A stretch of DNA of 64,000 nucleotides. Origin: Trueperaceae bacterium (GTDB lineage: Bacteria > Deinococcota > Deinococci > Deinococcales > Trueperaceae). The position numbers and the translations under genes are program-made. Numbering within the stretch: position 1 is the stretch's first letter; every line of letters begins with the position of its first letter. The stretch spans positions 2,688,001-2,752,000 of the forward strand of contig CBDCDZ010000004.1 of the NCBI GenBank assembly GCA_965215565.1. Reading direction: 5' to 3'. The notes below the pieces were generated by a model, which was not told the DNA's origin, searched no databases, and was given only the letters and a program-made list of their open reading frames with translations. Below are positions 63,329 through 64,000 of the stretch, piece after piece.

Positions 63329-63521
63329 TACAGCGGATTTGTGTCGCTTGAGGGTCGCACCTGAGAGGAGGTGTACCACTTGAACCGGCTTTTGAGGGCG
63401 CACATCTCAGTGAGAGACCCAAGGCAAAGACGAGCGAGGAAACTCGGACACTCGCGCATCAGCGCCCAAAAATCCCCTCTCGCTGCGCAGACAAATTATG
63501 AAAGTTCAAGGGGTAAATTCA

Positions 63522-64000
63522 ATGAAGAAACTTTTGTTCACTATGCTAGCCCTCTTACTAATGGCTGGCGGCGCATTTGCGCAAAACGATAGTGACGACG
63601 ACGACAGCGATAGCGGGAGCAGCCAAACGTCCTTCCCGGACGTGCCGGAAGGCTCCTACGCTGCTGACGCCGTCGCCGAACTCGCCGACTTAGGCATCGT
63701 CATCGGGTTCCCGGACGGAACCTTTCGCGGCAACGAAGCCTTTACCCGCTACCAAGCGGCGCTGGTTGTCACCCGCTTAATCGACGTGCTCGAGTCCCAA
63801 TTCGTCACCGAAGACGAGTTAGCCTCTCTCCGCAACGCAGTGCAAGAAATCGCCTCTGACATCGCCGCTTTAGAAGCCGCGATCAGCAGCGGCATGGGCA
63901 TGGACCCGGAGGCGATGCAAGACCTCCAGAACCAGCTCGAAGAGCTGCGCACTGCCCTAGATACCCTTCAAGCCCTGGAAGCCCGCGTGTCGCAAAACAC
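63522..64000 (+). CDS. slpA: S-layer homology domain protein (SlpA-like), partial at window edge
   Basis: MKKLLFTML..AFAQ signal; FPDVP..YAADAV..L..LGIVIGFPDGTFRGNE..TRYQAA SLH; coiled coil follows. Confidence 0.85.
   Translation, partial: MKKLLFTMLALLLMAGGAFAQNDSDDDDSDSGSSQTSFPDVPEGSYAADAVAELADLGIVIGFPDGTFRGNEAFTRYQAALVVTRLIDVLESQFVTEDELASLRNAVQEIASDIAALEAAISSGMGMDPEAMQDLQNQLEELRTALDTLQALEARVSQN

Overview
GC-rich (roughly 55-60% by eye) bacterial chromosomal segment. Gene content (SlpA-type SLH protein, thyX, Thermus/Deinococcus-like Nuo subunits, many leaderless starts) points to Deinococcota, probably Trueperaceae; this is inference. Most of it is housekeeping: nuoI-N, ndk, an aspartate aminotransferase, eno-pyk, mfd, rsmI, an acyl-CoA carboxyltransferase, ppx-trpF, rplU-orf-rpmA-obgE-nadD-yqeK-LCP-rsfS-yraN, tRNA-Ala(GGC), rplS, acnA, rlmH, thyX and the start of slpA. 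Accessory genes include higBA, Uma2, a PL9-like beta-helix protein and several lower-GC singletons. The most unusual features: (1) an intergenic repeat ecosystem with about 14 copies of a 111-bp TA-flanked MITE-like element, invaded by shared 20-27 nt hairpin micro-inserts that nest inside one another and also enter heptamer repeats, one with a 2-bp target duplication; (2) a receptor- and kinase-free CheB / CheR-PAS / coiled-coil / PAS-PAS-LuxR cluster in which both CheR and the LuxR factor carry EE-heptad helices; (3) a dense DnaA-box cluster partly inside the trpF 3' end, with no dnaA in the window; (4) rsfS apparently starting at ATA. No transposase, CRISPR array or prophage is visible. All counts are by eye, not computed.
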